A stretch of 64,000 nt of DNA from positions 6,687 through 70,686 of the forward strand of contig JBPOHQ010000004.1 in assembly GCA_052035405.1 (NCBI GenBank), given 5' to 3'. Below, in pieces: positions 9,499 through 19,529 of the stretch (position 1 is its first letter; every line of letters starts with the position of its first letter). Source of the stretch: Candidatus Nomurabacteria bacterium. GTDB lineage: Bacteria; Patescibacteriota; Minisyncoccia; Phycocordibacterales; UBA9973. Both the position numbers and the translations under genes were made by a program. Under the pieces are notes generated by a model that was not told where the DNA came from, did no database searches, and worked only from the letters and a program-made list of their open reading frames with translations.

Positions 9499-10062
9499 GT
9501 GAACAAAGACCATACTGATATTACTGACGAGAGCATTACCATGCTTGTGCAGAAAGGAGATAAAGAAGCCTTTGGTATTTTGGTTGATCGTTACCAAAAC
9601 AAACTCGCCAGATATGGAAGAAAGTTTTTGAGTAGAGTAGAGGACATAGAAGATATGGTGCAAAACATATTTATCAGTGCTTATCAAAATATTCAAAGTT
9701 TTAACACAACACTTAAATTTAGTTCTTGGATATATCGTATTGCACACAATACTTTTGTAAACGCACTTCGCAAAAATAAAACAAATTTCATTTCTATAGA
9801 CTTTGATACATTACTCTCTCATCCCATTTATGAAGACCCTGACATAAAAGAACGAGAACAAAAAGAGATGAGGGCTCTCATCGACCAAGGCCTTGATGAT
9901 ATTGGGTCCAAATATCGAGAGGTGTTGGTGCTGCATTATCTCGAAGACATGTCATATAAAGATATAGCAGAAATTCTGCAAGTTCCCATAGGCACTATTG
10001 GAATTAGAATTAAGAGAGCAAAAGAAGCTATTAAAGAAAAAATTGATCAAAAAAAGTTATAA
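9499..10062 (+). CDS. RNA polymerase ECF-type sigma-70 factor
   Basis: Region 2 (…YQNKLARYGRKFL…DMVQNIFISAYQ…) and region 4 HTH (YREVLVLHYLEDMSYKDIAEILQVPIGTIGIRIKRA). GTG start at 9499; an alternative ATG lies at 9541. Confidence 0.85.
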   Translation: MNKDHTDITDESITMLVQKGDKEAFGILVDRYQNKLARYGRKFLSRVEDIEDMVQNIFISAYQNIQSFNTTLKFSSWIYRIAHNTFVNALRKNKTNFISIDFDTLLSHPIYEDPDIKEREQKEMRALIDQGLDDIGSKYREVLVLHYLEDMSYKDIAEILQVPIGTIGIRIKRAKEAIKEKIDQKKL

Positions 10063-10074
10063 AACCAAATAATT

Positions 10075-10830
10075 ATGAATACACAAGAAGAAAAAAATCT
10101 AAATATAAAAGAAAGTATCTTGGAAAAAATAGAGTCAGGACGGGTCTCTATGCGTCCACGTTTTCAGTTTACTTTAAAAGTAATAGCTCTGTCTGTGATT
10201 ACTTTTTTAGTGCTACTTATTTCTCTTTTTATTATAGCCTTTATTTCCTTCAGTATTCGTATCAGTCACCACGAGAGTCTCTTGGGATTTGGGCCAAAAG
10301 GAATAATGGCTTTCTTTTTATTTTTTCCATGGCTACTGCTTGCTTTAGATATAGGACTAATATGTTTATTAGAGTGGCTTTTACGAAAATTTAGGTTCGG
10401 TTATCGCTTTCCTGTATTATATTTGCTCCTTGTCTTGTTTGGTATAGTTATTATTTCGGGTTCAGTTTTGGACAGAGGGATATCTTTTAATGATAAAATT
10501 TTACAGAGTAGAGAGCGGCTGCCTCGCCCAATAGGTAATTTTTATGGTCAAGCCAATCGTCCTTTACCTAAAGGGCAAGGCATTTGTTTTTGTAAAGTCA
10601 TAGATATAAATAAAATGACTGAAGAACTAGTAGTCGAAGATAACAGAGTAGAGGGCACCATTCTTCGAGTGACTTTTCCTGGTGATAATTTTATACAAGT
10701 AAAAGAACTTCTCAACGTAGGAGATATGATTTTTGTTGCTGGCACTGAACATGATGGTGTCATAGAAGCATTTGGAGTTCGTCCTGTGCCAAGCAGAACT
10801 CAATATAGAGAGATGGAACTCGTACCGTAA
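10075..10830 (+). CDS. membrane protein, possible cognate anti-sigma factor
   Basis: Four TM helices, immediately downstream of the ECF sigma (13-bp gap). No recognisable anti-sigma motif, so the role is inferred from position only. Confidence 0.35.
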   Translation: MNTQEEKNLNIKESILEKIESGRVSMRPRFQFTLKVIALSVITFLVLLISLFIIAFISFSIRISHHESLLGFGPKGIMAFFLFFPWLLLALDIGLICLLEWLLRKFRFGYRFPVLYLLLVLFGIVIISGSVLDRGISFNDKILQSRERLPRPIGNFYGQANRPLPKGQGICFCKVIDINKMTEELVVEDNRVEGTILRVTFPGDNFIQVKELLNVGDMIFVAGTEHDGVIEAFGVRPVPSRTQYREMELVP

Positions 10831-10968
10831 ACTCTTTTCAAATAAAAAATAGTGATATAATAAAAACATTATTCATTTAATATCATTTTTATGGCTAAAG
10901 GAAATTCACATCCAAAAAAAGAAGTAAAGAAACCAAAAAAAGCAAAGAAATAATTTTTGTGCTACATT

Positions 10969-11002
10969 AACCAAAGGTGTCAAAACCTTTGGTTTTTGTT
11001 TT
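10969..11002 (+). terminator. rho-independent terminator
   Basis: accaaaggt-gtcaaa-acctttggt followed by ttttgtttta. Confidence 0.65.
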
Positions 11003-11004
11003 AT

Positions 11005-12264
11005 ATGAAAAATACACTTATTAAAAATGAATATGATTATGACGTCATTGTTATTGGAGGAGGTGCTGCAGGAATGATGGCCGCTGGACATGCTGGATTC
11101 TTGGGTAAAAAAGTCTTAATTCTTGAGAAGAATAGACAACTAGGAGAAAAGCTTAAAATTACTGGTGGTGGTAGATGTAATGTAACTAATGCAGAAGAGG
11201 ATATGAGAGTATTCCTTAAAAATTACAAGAATGCCGATAAATTTTTGCATTCTCCTTTCTCGCAATTTAGTCAAAAAGACACTTTTGAATTCTTTGAGAA
11301 AAGGGGGTTGCCATTAGTTGTGCAGGCACGCAAGAGAGCTTTCCCGCACACAGAAAAAGCGATTGATGTGTATAGAGTTATGGAGAAGTATATTAAAGAT
11401 TCTGGTGTACTTGTGAAAACAAATTCACCAGTTAATAAAATAATAAAGGATAAAAATAAAATTATTGGTATTAAAGTTGGCAGTAATACCTATACTGCAA
11501 AGTCGTATATATTGGCTACCGGAGGCATGTCTCATCCTGAGACTGGATCTACGGGGGATGGTTTTAAATGGTTAAGTGATTTAGGTCATACAGTGAAAGC
11601 TCCTACTCCAACGATAGTACCTCTGTCTGTAAAAGAAGTTTGGGTAAAATCTATGCCCGGAGTGTCTTTATCTTTTATGAAAATTACTTTTTATTTAGAT
11701 GGAGTTAAGAAGTTTTCAAAAACAGGTAAAATACTGTTTACCCACTTCGGTCTATCTGGCCCACTTATTTTAAATTCCGCCGGAGAAGTACATGATCTCT
11801 TATATGAAGGTGTTGTTACTGCAAAGATAGATGCTTATCCAGATACAAATGAGGGTGATTTAGAAAAGAAAATAATAAAAGTTTTCGACGAAAATAAAAA
11901 CAAAATCCTAAAAAATGTTATGGATGAGTTAGCTCCACAGGGTACTGCAGGAGCTATACTTTCTTTACTGAAAGACTTAGATGGGAATATAAAGGTTCAT
12001 AGTATCACAAAAGAAAACAGAAAAGCATTAGTTAATTTACTCAAAGGTCTTCCACTCACTATTTCTGGACTTATGGGATTCGATAGGGCAGTAGTAGCAG
12101 ACGGAGGAGTTGATTTAAACGAGGTGGATATGAAAACAATGAAATCAAAAGTTTTAGAAAATTTATATATCACCGGGGATCTCCTTCACATAAATAGACC
12201 TAGTGGAGGATTTTCTTTACAGATATGTTGGACAAGTGGATTTATCGCAGGAGGCAATGCATAA
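11005..12264 (+). CDS. HI0933/BaiN-like NAD(P)/FAD-dependent oxidoreductase
   Basis: DVIVIGGGAAGMMAAGHAG…GGGRCNVTN. Start trimmed from the track ORF (10957) to the ATG at 11005, which follows the terminator hairpin. Confidence 0.8.
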   Translation: MKNTLIKNEYDYDVIVIGGGAAGMMAAGHAGFLGKKVLILEKNRQLGEKLKITGGGRCNVTNAEEDMRVFLKNYKNADKFLHSPFSQFSQKDTFEFFEKRGLPLVVQARKRAFPHTEKAIDVYRVMEKYIKDSGVLVKTNSPVNKIIKDKNKIIGIKVGSNTYTAKSYILATGGMSHPETGSTGDGFKWLSDLGHTVKAPTPTIVPLSVKEVWVKSMPGVSLSFMKITFYLDGVKKFSKTGKILFTHFGLSGPLILNSAGEVHDLLYEGVVTAKIDAYPDTNEGDLEKKIIKVFDENKNKILKNVMDELAPQGTAGAILSLLKDLDGNIKVHSITKENRKALVNLLKGLPLTISGLMGFDRAVVADGGVDLNEVDMKTMKSKVLENLYITGDLLHINRPSGGFSLQICWTSGFIAGGNA

Positions 12265-12366
12265 GGATATTACATAGCTGATTACAGTACACATATCCAT
12301 ATCTATATCTATGTATACCTGTTTCTGCATGATACAATACTATATATTAATTAATTTAATCAAAAC

Positions 12367-12882
12367 ATGTCATTAAATATTCACCCACTCATCGTTCATT
12401 TTCCAATAGCTTTCCTTGTTGTTTATTCTCTTATTAAGATTATCCCTGTAAGAAAATGGTTTCCTGGTATCGCGTGGCTCGACATCCAAAAAATTCTTAT
12501 CTTAGTAGGAGTCCTCGGTGCTTTTGCTGCGGGAACTACAGGGGAGATAGCTTCAGAGATGTTAGGAGCTAACCACAATCTTCTAGAAGCACATGAACTA
12601 TTCGCTAATATAACAACGTGGTTGTATAGTGTTTTGTTTCTGTCTGAATTTCTCCCTTGGATTAATTTAAAGTTTTCTCAAAAACTACAAGAGGTAAAAA
12701 TACATTCGTATACTCTCTTATTGGAAAGGTTTGTTTCAAATAAGGCTCTAGGGGTCGTTCTTGCCCTGGCTGCACTTATTGCTGTATCTTGCACAGGAAT
12801 GTTGGGAGGGGTTATCGTATATGGCCCTTCTCTTGATCCGTTAGCTCCGGTTCTACTTAATATTTTGGGAATCAATTTATAA
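12367..12882 (+). CDS. membrane protein (DUF2231-like, HPLIVHFPIA motif)
   Basis: Four TM helices with an N-terminal HPLIVHFPIAF motif. Confidence 0.4.
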   Translation: MSLNIHPLIVHFPIAFLVVYSLIKIIPVRKWFPGIAWLDIQKILILVGVLGAFAAGTTGEIASEMLGANHNLLEAHELFANITTWLYSVLFLSEFLPWINLKFSQKLQEVKIHSYTLLLERFVSNKALGVVLALAALIAVSCTGMLGGVIVYGPSLDPLAPVLLNILGINL

Positions 12883-12912
12883 TTTATTTTTTAGGTCTGA
12901 TATACTATAACA

Positions 12913-13467
12913 ATGAATCAAATTAAATGGCATGAATATACTTGGTATTCAAAATTAAGTGCTTTGATCTTTTTTGTTTTAGTGTTACCTGCACTTACTT
13001 TTTACGTGGGTATTGAGTATGAAAGAACACAAAATTTTCTTAAAGAGATCAAAGAATATAATGAAACTAAAGCTATGGGGGGTGTCTTGAATGCGAGTTC
13101 TGGTACTTTAACAAAAGGGTGTTATATCTCTAGACTTGGAAAAGATGTCTATCTTTTTAACATTTTAAATTCTCAGGGAGGTCTTGTATCGGGAAGACTT
13201 TCATACAAAAACCATCAGAAGGATAGTTCCTCCGGTGCTTTCTTGGGTATCTTTCGAGATAATATTTTACTTGGAGATTATTCCTTTGTTTCTGAAGGTT
13301 CTTCTTCTATCAGGCAGCTTATCTTTAAAAAAACAGGGGATAATTTAGTTCAGGGTTTTGGACCAACAACTACAGCAGGTGATAGGGAAGTATTCGTAAA
13401 TACTAATGATATTGTTTTCGATACAAATGCTACGTACTCATCCTCAAATGATACGGATTGTCAATAA
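12913..13467 (+). CDS. hypothetical membrane-anchored protein
   Basis: One N-terminal TM and a Ser/Gly-rich ectodomain. No recognisable motif. Confidence 0.35.
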   Translation: MNQIKWHEYTWYSKLSALIFFVLVLPALTFYVGIEYERTQNFLKEIKEYNETKAMGGVLNASSGTLTKGCYISRLGKDVYLFNILNSQGGLVSGRLSYKNHQKDSSSGAFLGIFRDNILLGDYSFVSEGSSSIRQLIFKKTGDNLVQGFGPTTTAGDREVFVNTNDIVFDTNATYSSSNDTDCQ

Positions 13468-13515
13468 ATGTTTATATTTTGAAATACAGGTTAAAAAGCA
13501 TATAATATAGGGTAT

Positions 13516-14571
13516 ATGCTTTTTAGTTTAGTTAAAATCTTTGTGCCAACTGCGGTAGCCTTTTTTTCAGGGATGTTAATTACTCCTCTCGCTACACATT
13601 TCTTTTTTAAGTATCAGATGTGGAAGAAGACTGCACGGACTGAAAATACCTCTTCTTTAGAATTTAAAAGTGTTCATGAGACAAAGGCCCTGCAAGAGGT
13701 GTCTGTTCCTTGTGTTGGCGGGGTTATTGTATTATTTTCAGTGATTATTACTACGCTTGTTTTTGCGGTACTTCCTTATTTTTTCAAGAGTGCAATTTTT
13801 GATGAACTCAATTTTTTAAGTAGAGAACAGACACTCGTTCCGCTTTTTATATTTATTTTTGGAGCTTTTTTAGGGCTTGTCGATGATGTGCTTGAGATAC
13901 ATGGTAGATCTCATATTACACGAAATTCTCCTTGGTATACAAAATTAAAGATAAGTATGGTGGTATTGTGCGGACTTCTAGCGGGGTGGTGGTTTTTTAG
14001 CAAGTTAGGAATGAATACCATCCACATACCATTTGACGGATATGTATATTTGGGATGGTTATTTATACCGGCGGTAGTTTTGGTTATGTTTGGTACATTC
14101 TCTGGGGGTGTGATCGACGGTATTGATGGATTGGCTGGAGGAGTTATGACCACTATTTTTGCTGCATATGCAGTCGTTGCATATATAGGGAATTACTTGG
14201 ATATTGCAGCTCTCTGTGGAGTGGTTGCTGGTGCTGTTTTGGCGTTTTTATGGTTCAACATTCCTCCAGCACGTTTTTATATGGGTGAGGTTGGTATGAT
14301 GCCTTTGACCATCACACTAGCTGCTGTGGCTTTTTTAACAGATACAGTATTACTTCTTCCTATAATAGCCTTTCCTTTAGTGCTTACGTCATTGTCCTCT
14401 GCAATTCAAATTATTTCAAAAAAGTTTTTTGGAAAAAAAGTTTTTAAAGTGGCCCCTATTCATCATCATTTTGAAGCTCTGGGGTGGCCATCTCATAAAG
14501 TAACGATGCGTTTTTGGGTATTGTCTGTAATTTTTTCTATTATTGGAATAATACTTAAAGTAGTTAGTTAA
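13516..14571 (+). CDS. mraY: phospho-N-acetylmuramoyl-pentapeptide transferase
   Basis: GLVDDVLEI, DGIDGLAGG and APIHHHFE motifs. Confidence 0.9.
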   Translation: MLFSLVKIFVPTAVAFFSGMLITPLATHFFFKYQMWKKTARTENTSSLEFKSVHETKALQEVSVPCVGGVIVLFSVIITTLVFAVLPYFFKSAIFDELNFLSREQTLVPLFIFIFGAFLGLVDDVLEIHGRSHITRNSPWYTKLKISMVVLCGLLAGWWFFSKLGMNTIHIPFDGYVYLGWLFIPAVVLVMFGTFSGGVIDGIDGLAGGVMTTIFAAYAVVAYIGNYLDIAALCGVVAGAVLAFLWFNIPPARFYMGEVGMMPLTITLAAVAFLTDTVLLLPIIAFPLVLTSLSSAIQIISKKFFGKKVFKVAPIHHHFEALGWPSHKVTMRFWVLSVIFSIIGIILKVVS

Positions 14572-14577
14572 TATGAT

Positions 14578-15681
14578 ATGAGAGGAAAAAAAGTAGATAA
14601 ATTTTTTTTGTCTGTGGTGCTTATCCTTATTTCTTTAGGGGTGGCGATGTTTGTGTCTGCATCACTTGGTATTCTTGCTAAAAATCAAAAACTTTTCTAC
14701 TCAGTTTTAATCAGTCAGATTGGACTTGGACTGGGGCTTGGTTTTTTTGGTATGTACATCACACAAAAGTTAGACTATAAACTTTTAAGAAAATATTCTT
14801 TGTATATATTTCTAGGAGCTATTATCTTGACCGCCTCTGTATTTATCCCCGGGCTGGGGCGTAGCCACGGCGGTGCTCAACGTTGGATTGATTTAGGTCC
14901 TGTGTCTTTTCAGCCAGTAGAGCTCTTGAAGTTTGCATTCGTTATTTATTTTGCTTCCTGGCTATCATGGGCAAAAAACAAGGTTCAAGATTTTAAATTT
15001 GGTATTTTGCCTCTGTGTATAATGCTTGCTATTATTGCTTTTGTATTATTTAAACAACCCGATACAAAAAGTTTTATATTAATAACCATCACTGGTGTGT
15101 CCATGCTTTTTATCTCTGGTGTGCCTATGAAATATATTGCTGGAATTATCGTTTCAGTATCTCTTGTTCTTGGAGGTTTAGTTTTCTTTACTCCATATCT
15201 TCGAGACAGAGTAGAAACATTTATTAACCCGTCTGTCGATGCGAAAGGTTCTTCGTATCAGATACAACAGTCGATGATTGCGATAGGTGGGGGAGGAATT
15301 TTTGGACGAGGATACGGGCAAAGTATTCAAAAATTTAGTTATTTACCTGAACCACAAGGAGATTCAATTTTTGCAGTACTAGGAGAAGAGCTTGGTTTTG
15401 TTGGAAGTGTTATTACTATTCTTCTGTATGTGGTTTTTATGCTTCGAGGTTTTCGTATAGCGAACCATGCCCCAGATTTATTCAGTAGACTTTTAGTTTT
15501 TGGAATTGTTATACTGATAGGAGCCCAGTCGTTTATGCATATTGCTTCAATTGTTGGAGTATTCCCATTGACTGGTGTACCTCTCGTATTTATGAGTCAC
15601 GGAGGAACTTCTCTAATGATAGATTTAATTGCAGTAGGTATAATTTTAGAAATATCAAAATTTAGTAAAAAGACTACTTAG
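14578..15681 (+). CDS. ftsW: SEDS family peptidoglycan glycosyltransferase FtsW
   Basis: GGAQRWIDLGPVSFQPVE motif with ten TM helices. Sits between mraY and murG. Confidence 0.85.
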   Translation: MRGKKVDKFFLSVVLILISLGVAMFVSASLGILAKNQKLFYSVLISQIGLGLGLGFFGMYITQKLDYKLLRKYSLYIFLGAIILTASVFIPGLGRSHGGAQRWIDLGPVSFQPVELLKFAFVIYFASWLSWAKNKVQDFKFGILPLCIMLAIIAFVLFKQPDTKSFILITITGVSMLFISGVPMKYIAGIIVSVSLVLGGLVFFTPYLRDRVETFINPSVDAKGSSYQIQQSMIAIGGGGIFGRGYGQSIQKFSYLPEPQGDSIFAVLGEELGFVGSVITILLYVVFMLRGFRIANHAPDLFSRLLVFGIVILIGAQSFMHIASIVGVFPLTGVPLVFMSHGGTSLMIDLIAVGIILEISKFSKKTT

Positions 15682-15693
15682 TCTTCAATATAT

Positions 15694-16824
15694 ATGAAAA
15701 TAGTTTTTACAGGAGGGGGAACAGGGGGACATTTTTATCCTATCATTGCTGTAGTACAAAAAGTAAACCAAATAATTGATAGAGAAAACATTGTAGGTGC
15801 AAAACTCTATTATTTTTCAGACAGTCCATATGACAAACAGGCTTTGTTTGAGAACGGTCTTTTGTATGAACAAGTCAATGCCGGTAAGATGCGAATTTAT
15901 TTTTCTTTAAAGAATATCTCAGATATGGTAAAAGTTTTTTTTGGTACTTTGAGTGCACTTGTAAAATTATTTTCAATTTATCCTGATGTCGTTTTTGGTA
16001 AAGGTGGGTATGCGAGTTTTCCAACACTCCTTGCAGCGAGAATTCTACGTATTCCTGTTGTTATCCATGAATCAGATTCAGCTCCAGGAAGAGTAAATAA
16101 GTGGGCAGGAAGTTTTGCAGAGAGGATTGCTCTTTCATATAAGGATGCTGCTGTTTACTTTCCTACTAAAAACATTGCTTGGACAGGTCAACCTGTACGT
16201 AGTGAGATAGAAAACATCACAGAAAAAAATAAAGCACTTAGATATTTTAAACTAGAATCAGAATTGCCTGTTATCCTGGTTTTAGGAGGTTCTCAGGGAG
16301 CTGAACTCATAAACAATGTTGTTATTGATGCACTTCCTGAATTAATTAAAAAATATCAAGTCATACATCAGACAGGAGTCAATAATTTCAAAGTAGTTCA
16401 TGGTAGGGCTGAAGTTGTTCTTGGAAGCAATCCTGATAGGGCGAAGTATACACCTCTTGCATTCCTAAATCCTCTTCAAATGAAGAATGCCGCTGGTGCT
16501 GCAGATATTGTTGTTTCTCGTGCAGGTTCTCAAATATTTGAAATAGCTGCGTGGGGAATTCCTTCTATCTTAATTCCTATCACAAATAGTAATCAAGATC
16601 ATCAAAAGAAAAATGCTTTTGCATATGCTCGGGCTGGTTGTTGTAGTGTTATTGAAGAAATGAATATGACTTCACATATTTTAATTTCAGAAATTGATAG
16701 ATTGATAAACGACAAGAACTTAGAACAGCATATGAAAGACAGTACTAAGAATTTTTATAAACCAGATGCAGCAATGAAAATTGCTCGAGAAATTGTGAAC
16801 ATCGCTTTATCTCACGAGAAATAA
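15694..16824 (+). CDS. murG: UDP-GlcNAc:lipid I N-acetylglucosaminyltransferase
   Basis: MKIVFTGGGTGGHFYPIIAV N-terminus and GT28 architecture. Confidence 0.9.
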   Translation: MKIVFTGGGTGGHFYPIIAVVQKVNQIIDRENIVGAKLYYFSDSPYDKQALFENGLLYEQVNAGKMRIYFSLKNISDMVKVFFGTLSALVKLFSIYPDVVFGKGGYASFPTLLAARILRIPVVIHESDSAPGRVNKWAGSFAERIALSYKDAAVYFPTKNIAWTGQPVRSEIENITEKNKALRYFKLESELPVILVLGGSQGAELINNVVIDALPELIKKYQVIHQTGVNNFKVVHGRAEVVLGSNPDRAKYTPLAFLNPLQMKNAAGAADIVVSRAGSQIFEIAAWGIPSILIPITNSNQDHQKKNAFAYARAGCCSVIEEMNMTSHILISEIDRLINDKNLEQHMKDSTKNFYKPDAAMKIAREIVNIALSHEK

Positions 16825-16840
16825 ATGGTAAAATGGCTAT

Positions 16841-18271
16841 ATGCCAGAAGAAATAGAAGGAAAAGTAGTTACTAGATTTGCTCCAAGCCCCACAGGTTTT
16901 ATGCATGTAGGTAATGTTCGTGCGGCTTTGTATGCTTGGCTTTGGACCAAAAAAAATAAAGGTACTTTTATTTTGCGTATTGAAGATACAGATAAAGAGC
17001 GTGAAGTAGAGGGATCTATAGAGCACATCATGACTTCTTTAAAATGGCTCGGGTTAGATTGGGATGAAGGTCCAACAGTAGAAGGTCCTCATGCACCATA
17101 TTTACAATCAGAGAGATTAGATATCTATAAACAATACGCTCAAAAGTTAATTGAAAAAGGTCTGGCATATCCTGATCCGTACACAGAAGAAGAAGTCGAA
17201 GCATTTAGAAAAAAAGCTGAAGAAGAAAAAAGACCGTTTTTGTATCGAGAACACAGACCAGAAACATTTGGAGTGTGGGACGGTACAAAACCACTTCGTT
17301 TTAAAATCCCTGAAGTAAAAAGTTATCATTGGCACGATATCGTATTTGGTGATTTATCTGCAGGGCCTGAGGCACTGGATGATTTTATTATGATTAAAAG
17401 TGATGGTTACCCAACCTACAACTTTGCTCATATTGTAGATGATACTGAAATGGGTATTACGTTGGTCATGCGTGGGCAAGAATACATATCGTCTACTCCA
17501 AAATTTTTAGCTGTATATGAAGCACTGGGTTTGACTCCACCTACATATGCGTGTTTGCCGCACGTACTTGCTCCAGGTGGACAGAAGAAGCTTGGTAAAC
17601 GTGATGGAGCCAAAGATGTACTTGATTATAGAAAAGAAGGATATTTACCCGAAGCAATTATTAATTTCTTGGCATTTTTAGGGTGGAACCCAGGTGGTGA
17701 AAAGGAAATTTTTACTCGAGAAGAACTGATAAAGGTTTTTGATATTAGCAGAATTCAAAACTCAGGTGCCCAAATGAATTTGGAGAAACTTGAATGGATG
17801 AATAAAGAGCATATAAAGCTTTTACCTCGAGAAGAAATAGAGAAAAATATTTTAGCGTGGCTGCCTGATGATAAAAAGAATCCAAAACTTATTCCAGTAA
17901 TAGTAGACAGGATTTCAAAATGGAGCGATGTTCAAACTATGGCTCAGGCAGGGGAGTTAGACTTGTTTTTTAAGATGCCAGAGTACGATAAGACAAAACT
18001 GCTTTTCAAAAATGTACCTCAAGAAAAAATCGTAGAAAATTTACAAAAAGCTATTTCTGAATTAGAAAAAATAGAAGAAAAAGACTTTGTTTTAGAAAAC
18101 ATTAAAAACTCACTTATGTCAATAGCTCTCACTTTGGAAAGTAGGGGAGAACTGTTGCATCCTGTGCGGTACGCCTTATCTGGTCAGGATAAGTCTCCAG
18201 ATCCTTTTATTATCTCAAGTATTTTAGGAAAAAATGAAACTATTCAAAGACTACAAAAAGCAATATCGTAA
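16841..18271 (+). CDS. gltX: glutamate--tRNA ligase
   Basis: RFAPSPTGFMHVGNVRAALYAWLW (HIGH region) and KLGKRDG. Confidence 0.9.
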   Translation: MPEEIEGKVVTRFAPSPTGFMHVGNVRAALYAWLWTKKNKGTFILRIEDTDKEREVEGSIEHIMTSLKWLGLDWDEGPTVEGPHAPYLQSERLDIYKQYAQKLIEKGLAYPDPYTEEEVEAFRKKAEEEKRPFLYREHRPETFGVWDGTKPLRFKIPEVKSYHWHDIVFGDLSAGPEALDDFIMIKSDGYPTYNFAHIVDDTEMGITLVMRGQEYISSTPKFLAVYEALGLTPPTYACLPHVLAPGGQKKLGKRDGAKDVLDYRKEGYLPEAIINFLAFLGWNPGGEKEIFTREELIKVFDISRIQNSGAQMNLEKLEWMNKEHIKLLPREEIEKNILAWLPDDKKNPKLIPVIVDRISKWSDVQTMAQAGELDLFFKMPEYDKTKLLFKNVPQEKIVENLQKAISELEKIEEKDFVLENIKNSLMSIALTLESRGELLHPVRYALSGQDKSPDPFIISSILGKNETIQRLQKAIS

Positions 18272-19529
18272 TATATTACTTTTTGTAGTGATGCTTTTTG
18301 TGCTTCCATTTTTATTTTCTTATGCGCAAACTGCCTTAGAAATCCAAAATAAAATTAGTGAAAAAAATTCTGATATAGAAAGAATTGAACAAGAAATAAA
18401 AAAGTATCAACAAGAACTCTCTGGTATAAGTAAACAAAAGTCTACGCTTAGTTCTCTTATAAAAGAGCTTGATTTAACTCGTAAAAAACTTGTGGCGGAT
18501 ATTTCTTTGACTGAGAAAAAAATAGACAGAACAAACCTCAGTATTCAAAGTTTAAGTTCTGATATAAACAACAAAGAGTCTTCAATCTCCAATAATCAAC
18601 GAGCGTTAATTATTGATGTAAAAAGTATGTATGAGCTTGAGGAGTCTGATTTAACGGAGATGCTATTAAAGAGAGATAATCTCACGGATATATGGCAAGA
18701 CGTCGATCATATGGCCACCATTCGTGAAGCTATTATCTCTAAAATAATCACTTTAAGAAAAGTTAAAGGGGACTTGGAGGTCAAAAGAACTGATACAGTA
18801 TCGGCGAAAAATGAACTTATAGCACTCCGCTTGAAACTTGCTGACCAAAAGAAAATAGTTGAACAAAACACAGCTGAGAAAAATAAACTGTTAAAAGAAA
18901 CAAAAAACAATGAGTCTGCATATCAGAAACTTGTAAAAGATCAAACAGCAAAGAAAAATGCTCTTGAGCAAGAACTACGTAGTTATGAATCTCAGTTAAA
19001 ATTTATTTTAGACCCTTCGACTTTACCAAATGCTGGAGTGTTGTCTTGGCCACTTGATGATGTGTATGTGACTCAACTCTTTGGTAAAACAGTCGCAGCA
19101 AAACGTCTGTATGCTTCAGGGAGCCATAGTGGTGTGGACTTTAGAGCCTCTGTGGGTACACCAGTCAAAGCCATGGCTGATGGTACAGTCCTCGGTGTTG
19201 GAGATACTGACGCTACTTGTCCAGGTGCTTCATTTGGTAAATGGGTATTTATCGAATACGATGACGGGCTCTCTAGTACCTTTGGCCATTTATCTCTAGC
19301 TAAGGCTTATGTCGGTCAAAAGGTTACCAGAGGTGAGGTCGTAGGATATTCAGGAAGCACTGGGCACGTCACAGGGCCTCATTTACACGTCACGGTGTAT
19401 GCAAGTAGCTCGGCAAAGGTTCAGACCCTACCAAGTAAGTCTTGTGCAGGTAAAACCTTGACTCAGCCTATAGCAGCGACGAATGCGTACCTAGACCCAA
19501 TGTTTTACTTGCCGCCTTACAATAAATAA
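18234..19529 (+). CDS. M23 family peptidoglycan endopeptidase with N-terminal coiled-coil (EnvC-like)
   Basis: Long coiled-coil, then GSHSGVDFRASVGTPVKAMADGTV…GSTGHVTGPHLH. Overlaps the gltX 3' end by 38 nt; an alternative start lies at 18291. Confidence 0.8.
   Translation: MKLFKDYKKQYRNILLFVVMLFVLPFLFSYAQTALEIQNKISEKNSDIERIEQEIKKYQQELSGISKQKSTLSSLIKELDLTRKKLVADISLTEKKIDRTNLSIQSLSSDINNKESSISNNQRALIIDVKSMYELEESDLTEMLLKRDNLTDIWQDVDHMATIREAIISKIITLRKVKGDLEVKRTDTVSAKNELIALRLKLADQKKIVEQNTAEKNKLLKETKNNESAYQKLVKDQTAKKNALEQELRSYESQLKFILDPSTLPNAGVLSWPLDDVYVTQLFGKTVAAKRLYASGSHSGVDFRASVGTPVKAMADGTVLGVGDTDATCPGASFGKWVFIEYDDGLSSTFGHLSLAKAYVGQKVTRGEVVGYSGSTGHVTGPHLHVTVYASSSAKVQTLPSKSCAGKTLTQPIAATNAYLDPMFYLPPYNK

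Noticed and set aside
14855-14890. GC-rich run in ftsW (ccccgggctggggcgtagccacggcggtgc) resembling the palindromic mini-element
   Set aside because: It shares only short words (cgtagcc, ccacgg). It encodes the conserved SEDS motif GGAQRW with no extra insertion relative to FtsW/RodA homologues.
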